Shown: in pieces, positions 1-7,289 of the stretch
Layout: every line of letters begins with the position of its first letter
How positions within the stretch are numbered: position 1 is the first letter of the stretch
From: Candidatus Dormiibacterota bacterium
GTDB lineage: Bacteria; Chloroflexota; Dormibacteria; Aeolococcales; Bog-877
Direction of reading: 5' to 3'
Length of the DNA: 33,419 bases
NCBI GenBank assembly: GCA_030038765.1
Contig: JASHRA010000239.1
Span: 1-33,419, forward strand
Translations under genes and position numbers: made by a program
Notes under the pieces: model-generated
What the model saw: the letters and a program-made list of their open reading frames with translations, nothing else
Database searches by the model: none
Told to the model about the DNA's origin: nothing

Positions 1-673
1 GCGTCTCCAGCCACTCCCCGACCTCGGCCTCGTAGCCGTCGTCGAGCTGGAAGATGCCCAGGGGGAGCCCGAGCCGGGACGCTCCGGCCGCCGCCTCCAG
101 CAGGTCGGCGGCGGTGACCCTCTCCTGGTGCTGGTACCAGCTGCACCAGACAGGGGGGATGCTGGCCGTTGCCGGCAGCCCGAGCCGAGCCGCCAGGTCG
201 TCGGCCCAGCGGGCCAGCGCGCTGGCCACCGAGCCGGTGTCGAAGCGCTGCTCCAGCACCGGCCCGTCGGCCGATACCAGCAGCCTCTCCCCCTCGAGCT
301 GGGCCCGGATCGATGCGACCTGGAGGCGGGGGTCGGGCGCGGACCAGACCCAGACCGGACCTCCGTCCCGGTGCCGGGCGGCCAGCAGCCCCTCGCCCTG
401 GAAGCCGGTCGGGGGAGCGGGCCGGTCCGGGCGGTAACCCATGACCCGGCGCACCGGGTCGGGTGGCCGCGGCGAGGTGGCCGCGGCCGGATAGGTGCCG
501 CTCGGGCTCCACGACTGCCAGCCGTGCTCGTAGACGACCAGCTCCGGGCCACCCTCCAGCTCGGCGACGCGCGGGCTGGTCGAGACCGTCGAGGACGCGG
601 GCGCGCCTGGGCCCGTGCTGCTCAGCGTCACACCAGCTTCCGAGCCACGGATGGCCGCACCGGGATCCAGCAT
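1..673 (-). CDS. Alpha-galactosidase-like glycoside hydrolase (GH36/GH27 clan), N-terminal part; the gene runs off the left edge
   Basis: Absent from the ORF track because it is truncated by the window edge. Reverse-strand ATG (complement of cat 671-673) is preceded by AGGAGGTGAG. Translation reads MLDPGAAIRG...VVYEHGWQSWSP...PPVWCSWYQHQERVTAADLL...GIFQLDDGYEAEVGEW, which carries GWxSW / CSWY / DDGY motifs typical of alpha-galactosidases. The + strand ORFs 54..784 over the same DNA are R/P/G-rich shadows. Confidence 0.6.
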   Translation of the reverse strand, partial: MLDPGAAIRGSEAGVTLSSTGPGAPASSTVSTSPRVAELEGGPELVVYEHGWQSWSPSGTYPAAATSPRPPDPVRRVMGYRPDRPAPPTGFQGEGLLAARHRDGGPVWVWSAPDPRLQVASIRAQLEGERLLVSADGPVLEQRFDTGSVASALARWADDLAARLGLPATASIPPVWCSWYQHQERVTAADLLEAAAGASRLGLPLGIFQLDDGYEAEVGEWLET

Positions 674-981
674 CTCACCTCCTGCCCTGCCCGAGATGAG
701 ATGGAGGAGATGTTGAACGCGGGCAGGGAGCGTGGCCTCCGGGACTCGACGGAGCGTCTGACCGAGCCGCTCCGGGGAGGCTGAGCCCGTGGCCCGCGGG
801 ACCGAGGGCGCGGTCCCGGCGGCCGCTAGCGGGGCGCGGGATCTGGCCGGGCGCCGTAACGCTTTCCGGACGCGGCGGGTGCATCCTGCGGGGGCATGCA
901 AGAAGAGGCCTCCGCCCCCGGCGGCCCCGGTGGCGTGAGCCGGGCTCGCGCCAGGGCGCTCCAGAGGGCTCGCTGCCGCCC

Positions 982-2166
982 GTGCCTGGGGCCGTGAGCC
1001 AGCAACTTCTGCCCCGGGGCCTGAAGCTGTCACGCCCGTTGCTGGCGGTGCTCCTGGGGAGCTCGGAGCTGGGTGTCGCCGGCTACGTCTCCTACCTCAT
1101 CTGGAGCGGATACGGGGCGGGCTTGGTCCTCTGGGAATGGCTCTGGATTGGCGCCGCGCCAGTTGGCGCCATGACCGCCGCTCTTCGCCCGCGGCACCCG
1201 GTGGGGTGGCTGCTGCTGGCACTGGGCGGCGCCGGGATCCTGAGCCAGTGGGGGTTCGTCTACGACCCCGGGAGCCACCCCACCGTACCCCAGGCGCTGC
1301 TGATGGACAGCGGCATCGTCCTGCTCTGCCTCGGCCTGGCCCTGGCGATGGCGTTGATCGCCGTCTTCCCCAGCGGCGACCTGGGCCTGCTCCGCCGCCA
1401 TCGCTGGCTGACCGTTGTCGTCTCCGCTGCGTTCGTGGTCAGCGTCTTCGGCCAGGTCGCCGGTCCCTACGTCCCCTCCGACGCCACCAACCTCGTCAAC
1501 CCGCTCCGCTTCTCCCACATCGGCCCTCTCTCCGCGGCCATCATGCCGGCAGTCGGTGACATCGGCACCGCCGGTTTTGCCGTCGTCTTGGCGCTGGTGG
1601 TGGTGAATCTGGGTATCCGCCTCCGCCGGTCCCGTGGGGTCGAGCGGCAGCAGCTCAAGTGGTTCGCCGCCTCCAGCCTCACCCTGCTCGCGGCCTTGGT
1701 CGCGGCCGTGACGGTGGACGTCGTTTGGTCAACGGCGGCCCTCGCTATCGCGGCCAACGCCCTCTTCGTCAGCATCGGCTTGGCCATCGTGCGCTACCAC
1801 CTGTACGACGTCGACCGTGTATTCTCGCGCGCCGTCTCCTACCTGCTGGTGCTGGGCCTGTTGGGAGGCGTGTACGTGGGCTCGGTGCTGCTGCTGAGCG
1901 ACGTGCTGCCACTCCGGGGCAGCATCACCGTGGCCCTCGCCGTGCTGGTGGCCGTCGCTCTGCTGGCCCCGGTGCACCGACGCATGCGTGACCTGGTCGA
2001 CCGCCGTTTCGACCGCTCCCGTTACGACGCCCAGCAGGTGGTGCGCCTCTTTGCCGCGCGCGTCGGTGAGGAGGTGAGCCAGGAGACGATCAGCCAGGAC
2101 CTGCTGTCGGCGGTGCAGCGCACTGTGCAGCCAGCCAGCGTCGGGCTCTGGATGCACCGGTCGTGA
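982..2166 (+). CDS. Polytopic membrane protein resembling the N-terminal sensor half of actinobacterial histidine kinases, with no kinase domain (paralog 1)
   Basis: 394-aa ORF with GTG start. It has multiple hydrophobic helices, an RYHLYDVDRVFSR motif, two further helices, then a soluble tail VDRRFDRSRYDAQQVV...VQPASVGLWM. The ORF stops at 2164-2166 immediately after that tail. Amino-acid composition is protein-like, unlike the overlapping frames. Confidence 0.85.
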   Translation: MPGAVSQQLLPRGLKLSRPLLAVLLGSSELGVAGYVSYLIWSGYGAGLVLWEWLWIGAAPVGAMTAALRPRHPVGWLLLALGGAGILSQWGFVYDPGSHPTVPQALLMDSGIVLLCLGLALAMALIAVFPSGDLGLLRRHRWLTVVVSAAFVVSVFGQVAGPYVPSDATNLVNPLRFSHIGPLSAAIMPAVGDIGTAGFAVVLALVVVNLGIRLRRSRGVERQQLKWFAASSLTLLAALVAAVTVDVVWSTAALAIAANALFVSIGLAIVRYHLYDVDRVFSRAVSYLLVLGLLGGVYVGSVLLLSDVLPLRGSITVALAVLVAVALLAPVHRRMRDLVDRRFDRSRYDAQQVVRLFAARVGEEVSQETISQDLLSAVQRTVQPASVGLWMHRS

Positions 2167-3323
2167 CGCCTACGAGGGGGAGAGCGGTCGCGCTTCAGCC
2201 GCTCCCCCTGCTGGCGCTGTTGCTGGGCAGCCTGGAGCTGGGGATCGCCGGCTACACGAGCTTCCTCATCCTGGGTCACTACGGCGTGGCCGACGCCTCC
2301 TGGGAGTGGTTCTGGGTCGGGGCCGCGCCCGTGGGCGCGATGACCGCGGCCCTCCGGCCCCGCCACCCCGTGGGCTGGCTCCTGCTCGGCATCGGGGCCA
2401 GCGGGCTCCTGAGCCAGCTCGGCTACCTCTACGACCCGGGTCGGCACCCGACCGTCCCGGAGGCGCTGCTGGCCGACTCCGGAACCGTGCTCCTCATGTT
2501 CGCGATGGGCTTTTCCGCCGTCCTAATCGCGGTCTTCCCCAGCGGCAGCTTCGAGATCATGAGACGTCACCGCTGGCTAACCTTGGTGGGAGTCGTCTCG
2601 TCCCTGGTCGCCCTCTTCACCGCCATCACCGAACGCAGCCTGGCCAGCGATGCCAACGAGGTGAACCCTCTGGCCCTGGGACGCGTCGGCCCGATCTCGC
2701 TCGCCAGCCTGGCCAACGGGGCGCTGGTCGTGTTCCTCCTCATCATGCTGGTGGCGGTGGCGGGCCTGGCCGTGCGCACGGTCCGGGCCCGGGGAGGGCA
2801 GCGCCAGCAGCTCAAGTGGTTCGCCTTCGCCAGCCTGACGCTGCTGCCGGCGGTGCTGGTGGCCGGCCTGCTCCCGTCCACCTGGCAGCTGATGCCGGCG
2901 GTGCTCTCGATCAACGCCGTCTTCGTGAGCATCGGGCTGGCCATCATGCGCTACCACCTCTACGACGTCGACCGTGTCATCTCGCGGGCCGTCGCCTACC
3001 TGCTGGTACTGGGGCTCCTGGGCGGCGTCTACGCCGGATCGGTGCTCCTGCTGAGCGACGTCCTGCCGCTCCGCGGGAGCATCAGCGTCGCCATCTCGGT
3101 CCTGGTGGCGGTGGCGCTGCTGACCCCGATCCGGCGCCGGGTGCGCGACCTCGTCGACCGCCGCTTCGACCGCACCCGCTACGACAGCCAGGAGGTGCTG
3201 CGGGATTTCGCCGCGCGGGTCAGCGAGGAGGTGAGCGCGGACAATATCGGCCGTGACCTCCTGACGGCGGTGGAACGGACGGTGCACCCTGCCCAGGCCG
3301 GGCTCTGGATACTCCGATCGTGA
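2163..3323 (+). CDS. Polytopic membrane protein, sensor-module-like with no kinase domain (paralog 2)
   Basis: 386-aa ORF whose GTG overlaps the stop of paralog 1 (GTGA at 2163-2166). It aligns with paralog 1 along its whole length, e.g. WEWFWVGAAPVGAMTAALRPRHPVGWLLL, RYHLYDVDRVISRAVAYLLVLGLLGGVY and VDRRFDRTRYDSQEVL...HPAQAGLWI. Confidence 0.85.
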   Translation: MTPTRGRAVALQPLPLLALLLGSLELGIAGYTSFLILGHYGVADASWEWFWVGAAPVGAMTAALRPRHPVGWLLLGIGASGLLSQLGYLYDPGRHPTVPEALLADSGTVLLMFAMGFSAVLIAVFPSGSFEIMRRHRWLTLVGVVSSLVALFTAITERSLASDANEVNPLALGRVGPISLASLANGALVVFLLIMLVAVAGLAVRTVRARGGQRQQLKWFAFASLTLLPAVLVAGLLPSTWQLMPAVLSINAVFVSIGLAIMRYHLYDVDRVISRAVAYLLVLGLLGGVYAGSVLLLSDVLPLRGSISVAISVLVAVALLTPIRRRVRDLVDRRFDRTRYDSQEVLRDFAARVSEEVSADNIGRDLLTAVERTVHPAQAGLWILRS

Positions 3324-3903
3324 CCGCCAGCCCCGGCTGGCTCGCTCCTGGCCGCGCCGCGCCGGTGGATGATCCGGGTCCGGCCGGCGAGGTCCGGAGG
3401 CGGCACGGCGCGGCCATCGTCGTGCTCGCCATCGCGGCGCTGGCCATGGCCACGCAGCTGGTGGCGTCCCGGACCGGGGCGACGTGGCCATGGTCAATCC
3501 GCTGGCCCTGCCCCGCCTCGGCCCGGTGACCTCGGTGGGCGTCGCTGAGGTGGGCGGGCTGCTGGGCACGCTCGCCACCGGCGTGGTCCTGCTGGCCGCC
3601 CTCTACGCCGCCTCGGCGCTGCTCTTCAGCGACGTGCTGCCGCTGTGGGGCAGCCTCAGCGTGGCCCTCTCCGTCCTCATCGCGGTGGCCCTGTTGACGC
3701 CGCTCCACCGCCGCGTGCGCGACCTCGTGGACCGTCGCTTAGACCGCTCCCGCTACGACGCGCAGGCGGTGGTGCACCAGTTCGCGGCCCGGATCAGCGA
3801 CGAGGTCGGCTCCGACACCATCCGCCGGGACATGCTGGCCGCGGCCCAGCGCACCGTGCAGCCGGCCCACGTCGGGCTCTGGCTGGCCCCGCCGACGCGT
3901 TAG
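3320..3903 (+). pseudogene. Decayed third copy of the sensor-module membrane protein (frameshifted, internally deleted)
   Basis: A GTG at 3320 again overlaps the upstream stop (GTGA 3320-3323), but this frame ends at 3529 after 69 aa with one hydrophobic helix. A second frame (3484..3903, 139 aa) carries the family's VNPLALPRLGPV segment, two helices and the C-terminal tail (VDRRLDRSRYDAQAVV...VQPAHVGLWL). The frame switch lies near 3480-3490. The N-terminal helices and the RYHLYDVDR block are missing. Confidence 0.6.
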
Positions 3904-3929
3904 CGCCGCCGGCGGCGGCTCGGCAGCGA

Positions 3930-3963
3930 CCGGCCGGCGAGCGGGACGGCTCGCTTCGGCCGG
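3930..3963. terminator. GC-rich hairpin between convergent genes (candidate bidirectional terminator)
   Basis: Outer stem CCGGCC (3930-3935) pairs with GGCCGG (3958-3963). Inner stem GCGAGC (3937-3942) pairs with GCTCGC (3949-3954), with loop GGGACG. It lies between stop 3903 (+) and stop 3983 (-). There is no T-tract. Confidence 0.4.
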
Positions 3964-3982
3964 AGGGGGGCCGGGCTGTGCC

Positions 3983-4744
3983 TCAGCTCGGGCGGCGTCT
4001 CGAGCTGAGGGGGCTGCCCAGCCTCTGGGCCATGCTGCGGACCATGGCGTTGTGCCAGGTGTTGCCGACCCGCTTCCACTGGCGGTGGTTGTCCACGCAC
4101 ACGCTGCGGGCCTGGACCGGCGCCTCGGGGGCTCCCAGCCGCGTCGCCACGGCGCCCAGCGTGGCCGCCCAGAAGCGGTCCTCCTTGGCGTGCCCCCCGA
4201 GCATCATGCCCAGCTCGTATAGGGGGTCGTTGGCCCGCATCAGCACCTGGGCCTGGAGCGTGGTCGTGCCCCGCTCGGCCTCGGCGGAGAAGGAGATCCA
4301 GCCCGCGAACATGTGCCCCTGGGGCGTCATCAGGGTGAAGGACTCGTCGTCGGCGTAGAGGACGAAGACGCCGGTGGAGAGCCTCACCCCGCCGCCCATG
4401 GCGAGGTCGAGCAGGGCGACGTCGCCGGGCTGGATCCCGGTGAGGGCGCCGGAGAAGCGGTTGCCCGCCGGCCAGAACTCCGGGAAGTGGGCCTTCCAGG
4501 TGGCGATCGCCTGCGTCGGCGAGATCGAGCTGCCGACGTCGACGCGGTAGGTCTTCTGCCACATCTTGCCGAAGCCCTGCACCGGTCCCATCAGGCGCCG
4601 TCCCGCGACGTTGCTGGCGCGGGCCCCGTCGCGGGGCTGCACCTCCAGGCGGTCCACCTTGGCCGCCCAGGCGCCGGCGTCGCGCGGGAGCGTCTCCCGG
4701 GCTCCGGGATCCGGGGTCGGGACGCCGCCCACCGGGGCGGTCAC
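3983..4744 (-). CDS. DUF1990/UPF0548-like protein of unknown function, last gene of the partner-switching operon
   Basis: This is the C-terminal 253 codons of track ORF 3983..5152. The GTG at 4744 overlaps the stop of the upstream STAS gene (GTGA 4741-4744). The sequence YRVDVGSS..AIATWKAHF...TPQGHMFAGWISFSAE fits my recollection of the DUF1990 core pattern (WKxF and QGHxxAGxxxFSxE). The start is uncertain; an internal ATG at ..RRLMGPVQG.. is possible. Confidence 0.7.
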   Translation of the reverse strand: MTAPVGGVPTPDPGARETLPRDAGAWAAKVDRLEVQPRDGARASNVAGRRLMGPVQGFGKMWQKTYRVDVGSSISPTQAIATWKAHFPEFWPAGNRFSGALTGIQPGDVALLDLAMGGGVRLSTGVFVLYADDESFTLMTPQGHMFAGWISFSAEAERGTTTLQAQVLMRANDPLYELGMMLGGHAKEDRFWAATLGAVATRLGAPEAPVQARSVCVDNHRQWKRVGNTWHNAMVRSMAQRLGSPLSSRRRPS

Positions 4745-5100
4745 GGCCGGCCCGCCCCGGCCAGGGCGGCGGGCTCGTCGTCGAAGATGGCGATCACCTC
4801 GTCGAGGCGGGTCAGCTCGAAGATCTGGCGGTAGTGCTGGCTGAGGCCGTAGGCGGCCAGCTGCTGGTGCTGCCGCTTGGCCCGCACCAGCAGCGTGACC
4901 AGCATCCCGATGCCGCCGCTGTTCATGTACTCGAGCCCGCTGAAGTTGAGGATCAGGCGCTGCGCCCGGGGCCCCCCGGCCGCCTCGTAGGCGGCCATCA
5001 GCGCCGGCTCGCAGCTGGACGTCACCTCCCCGCTGATGTCCACCACCGAGGTGCGCTCGTCCAGCCGCCGCGCCTCCATGGTCACGATCGCGTCTGCCAT
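4741..5100 (-). CDS. STAS-domain anti-sigma-factor antagonist (SpoIIAA/RsbV-like), copy 2
   Basis: 119 aa; ATG at 5100 with GGAGGAG 5 nt upstream. The motif LNFSGLEYMNSGGIGMLV matches the STAS phospho-serine region (DxSxxxFxDSSG-like). Confidence 0.9.
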   Translation of the reverse strand: MADAIVTMEARRLDERTSVVDISGEVTSSCEPALMAAYEAAGGPRAQRLILNFSGLEYMNSGGIGMLVTLLVRAKRQHQQLAAYGLSQHYRQIFELTRLDEVIAIFDDEPAALAGAGRP

Positions 5101-5102
5101 GG

Positions 5103-5480
5103 CTACTCCTCCGCGGCCGCCGGGCGGCGGCCATCCGCCTGCGCCCCCTCACCCTCTCCGGGCCCAGAGCGCAGCTCGATGAAGTCCGAGAGCCGCGTGA
5201 TCTCGAAGATCTGGCGGTAGTGGGCCGAGAGGCCGAGCGCCACCACGTGGCGGCCGGCGGCGCGGGCCCGGGCCAGGACGCTGACGATGAGGGCGATGCC
5301 GCTGGAGTTGATGTACTCGACGTCGGCGAAGTCGAGGATGACCTCGCCCTCGGGCTGCTCGCGGGTGGCCCGGTCGTAGGCGCGACCCAGCTCCGAGCTG
5401 CGGCCGTCGACGTCGCCCCTCAGTCCCAGCACCACCGCCCCCGCGGCGGAGCGGATCTCGACCGAGAAGTTCTCTTCCAT
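5103..5480 (-). CDS. STAS-domain anti-sigma-factor antagonist (SpoIIAA/RsbV-like), copy 1
   Basis: 125 aa; ATG at 5480 with GAGGAGAG upstream. It carries the motif LDFADVEYINSSGIALIV and an acidic/Gly-rich C-terminal tail. Confidence 0.9.
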   Translation of the reverse strand: MEENFSVEIRSAAGAVVLGLRGDVDGRSSELGRAYDRATREQPEGEVILDFADVEYINSSGIALIVSVLARARAAGRHVVALGLSAHYRQIFEITRLSDFIELRSGPGEGEGAQADGRRPAAAEE

Positions 5481-5489
5481 CGGCTCTCC

Positions 5490-5942
5490 TCAGGCGCCGG
5501 CGCCGGTGCGCATGGTCAGCCAGACCGTGTGCCGGGCGCCGTCGGTGGTGACGTCCATCTGGTCCACCATGTGCCGGATCAGGAACAGGCCCCAGCCCCG
5601 GGGCGGCTGCTCGCCGATCAGCTTCAGCTCCAGGTCCGGCTCCGGGCCCTTGACCTCGGCCGGCGCCCCGCCCTGGTCGCTGATCGAGACCACGACCTCG
5701 CCCGGGGAGTGGAAGACCTGGATCTGCACCGGCACCCGGGCCACGCCCCGGTTGCCGTGCTCGATGGCGTTCATGGTGGCCTCGGCCACGGCCGTCTGGA
5801 GCCGCTCCTGCTGCTCCCCGCTGAGCAGCTCCGGGGGCAGGGCGCGGGAGACGCGGCGCAGGGCCAGGCGCTCCACCCCCTCGCGGCTGGCGACGGTGAA
5901 GGAGGCCAGCAGGCGCCGGGGCTCGGGCTGGACCGCGGTCAC
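5490..5942 (-). CDS. RsbW/SpoIIAB-like anti-sigma-factor serine kinase (GHKL ATPase)
   Basis: This is the last 150 codons of track ORF 5490..7214. The GTG at 5942 overlaps the PP2C stop (GTGA 5939-5942). N-box EATMNAIEHGN, G1-like ISDQGG and G2-like GWGLFLI are present. The upstream part of the 574-aa track ORF is an R/P/G shadow of the PP2C gene. Confidence 0.85.
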   Translation of the reverse strand: MTAVQPEPRRLLASFTVASREGVERLALRRVSRALPPELLSGEQQERLQTAVAEATMNAIEHGNRGVARVPVQIQVFHSPGEVVVSISDQGGAPAEVKGPEPDLELKLIGEQPPRGWGLFLIRHMVDQMDVTTDGARHTVWLTMRTGAGA

Positions 5943-7174
5943 CTCGGCGACCCCCGGTGGAGGGCGCCGGGAGAGCGCTGCACCGAGACCAGGGTGATGT
6001 CGTCCTCCTGCTCGTGGTTGGGCCCTGTGAAGCGGTCCAGCTCGTTGAGGCAGAGGTCGAGCAGCTCCTCGCCGGCCACGCCGCGACCGACCAGCTCGGC
6101 GACGCGGGGGAAGCCGAACATCTCCCGCTGCGGGTTGTGGGCCTCGGCCAGGCCGTCGCTGTGGAGCAGGATGCAGTCCCCGGGCTGGAGCTGGAGCTGA
6201 CGCTCCTCGTACTGCATGCCCGGCATCAGCCCCAGCGGCATGCCGGTCGCGCGCAGCTCCACCACCCGCTCCTCGGTGCGGGCGTAGGGGAGGTCGTGCC
6301 CGGCGTTGGCGTACTCCACCTGGCCCGACTCCGGCTCCAGCACCAGGCAGAAGCAGGTGACGAACATGTGGGCGGGGATGTCGACGCAGAGGAGGTCGTT
6401 GACCTGGGCCAGGACCGCCCCCGGGGAGCGCAGGCGGGGGCCGGCGGAGCGCAGCAGGGCGTGGGTGCTGGCCATCACCAGGGCCGCCGGGACCCCCTTG
6501 TCGGTGACGTCCCCGACCACCAGCATGACCCGGCCGTCGGGGAGGGGGATGAAGTCGTAGAAGTCGCCGCCCACGGAGCGTGCCGGGCGGTAGAAGGCGG
6601 CCACGTAGACGCCCGGGAGGTCGGGCAGCTCGCGGGGGAGGAACTGCTGCTGGATCAGCTGGGCCACCTTGAGCTCGTTGTCGATCCGCTCCCGCTGGCG
6701 CGCCTCGGCGGCCTGGGCCTGGACCAGCTGGCTGACCTTGAGCGCGGGGGCGGCGTAGCTGGCCAGCTGCTCCAGCAGGGCGCGGTCGTCGCTGGAGTAG
6801 CCCACCTCGGAGAGGCGGGGGCCGAGGGTGAGCACCCCCAGCAGCTCTCCCGACGAGACCAGCGGCACCAGCATCGCCACCCCGGCCTCCCGCATCTTGG
6901 CCAGGGCCGGCGAGTCCAGCTCGGCCCGGGTGATGGCCACCGGGCCCCCGGCGTCCAGGAGGTAGGCGAGCAGGGGGTCTCCGGGGGAGATCTCGAACTC
7001 CTGCATGCTCGCGGGGGCCAGCTCGCCCGCCGCCGGCGCCGGCTCCTCCGCCCGGCGGCGGCGGTGTAGTGCCCGCCCCAGCCAGCCTCGGCCGGCGTGG
7101 TTGCCGCCCCCGGCGGTGGCCTGGACCGCGGTCGCCAGGGCGGGGCCGACGGGGCTGGGGGACGGATCCGACAT
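5939..7174 (-). CDS. GAF-like sensor domain fused to a PP2C (SpoIIE/RsbU-type) serine phosphatase
   Basis: 411 aa; ATG at 7174 with GGAGAG upstream. PPM/SpoIIE motifs are present: VGGDFYDF, VVGDVTDKGVPAAL, ANAGH, LLHSDGL and DDITLV. The N-terminal region (...LVPLVSSGELLGVLTLG...DDRALLEQLASYAAPAL) looks GAF-like. Confidence 0.9.
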   Translation of the reverse strand: MSDPSPSPVGPALATAVQATAGGGNHAGRGWLGRALHRRRRAEEPAPAAGELAPASMQEFEISPGDPLLAYLLDAGGPVAITRAELDSPALAKMREAGVAMLVPLVSSGELLGVLTLGPRLSEVGYSSDDRALLEQLASYAAPALKVSQLVQAQAAEARQRERIDNELKVAQLIQQQFLPRELPDLPGVYVAAFYRPARSVGGDFYDFIPLPDGRVMLVVGDVTDKGVPAALVMASTHALLRSAGPRLRSPGAVLAQVNDLLCVDIPAHMFVTCFCLVLEPESGQVEYANAGHDLPYARTEERVVELRATGMPLGLMPGMQYEERQLQLQPGDCILLHSDGLAEAHNPQREMFGFPRVAELVGRGVAGEELLDLCLNELDRFTGPNHEQEDDITLVSVQRSPGALHRGSPR

Positions 7175-7289
7175 GGGCTCTCCGAGCTGGTTGGTGGCTT
7201 GACTGGGGCATCATGACCCGTCAGCGTTCCGGCAACGTTACGGTGTAGGCCATGGCGGTGCCAGAGCGAACGATCCGGTACGGTGGGAG

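Noticed and set aside
795-818. CGGGACC-N8-GGTCCCG palindrome containing the same 9-mer (CGCGGGACC) seen in the pyr leader
   Set aside because: It lies between the alpha-galactosidase-like and membrane-protein genes, with no link to pyrimidine genes. I take it as evidence that the 9-mer alone can arise by chance in this GC-rich DNA, and it tempers the PyrR-site call.
54-884. Several + and - strand ORFs (54..437, 128..784, 169..444, 463..699, 675..884)
   Set aside because: They overlap the edge-truncated alpha-galactosidase-like gene or its upstream region, are Arg/Pro/Gly-rich and have no RBS.
5943-7214. Upstream part of the 574-aa ORF 5490..7214 (-)
   Set aside because: It is a P/R/G-rich alternative frame of the PP2C gene. 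The real kinase-like gene starts at the GTG overlapping the PP2C stop.
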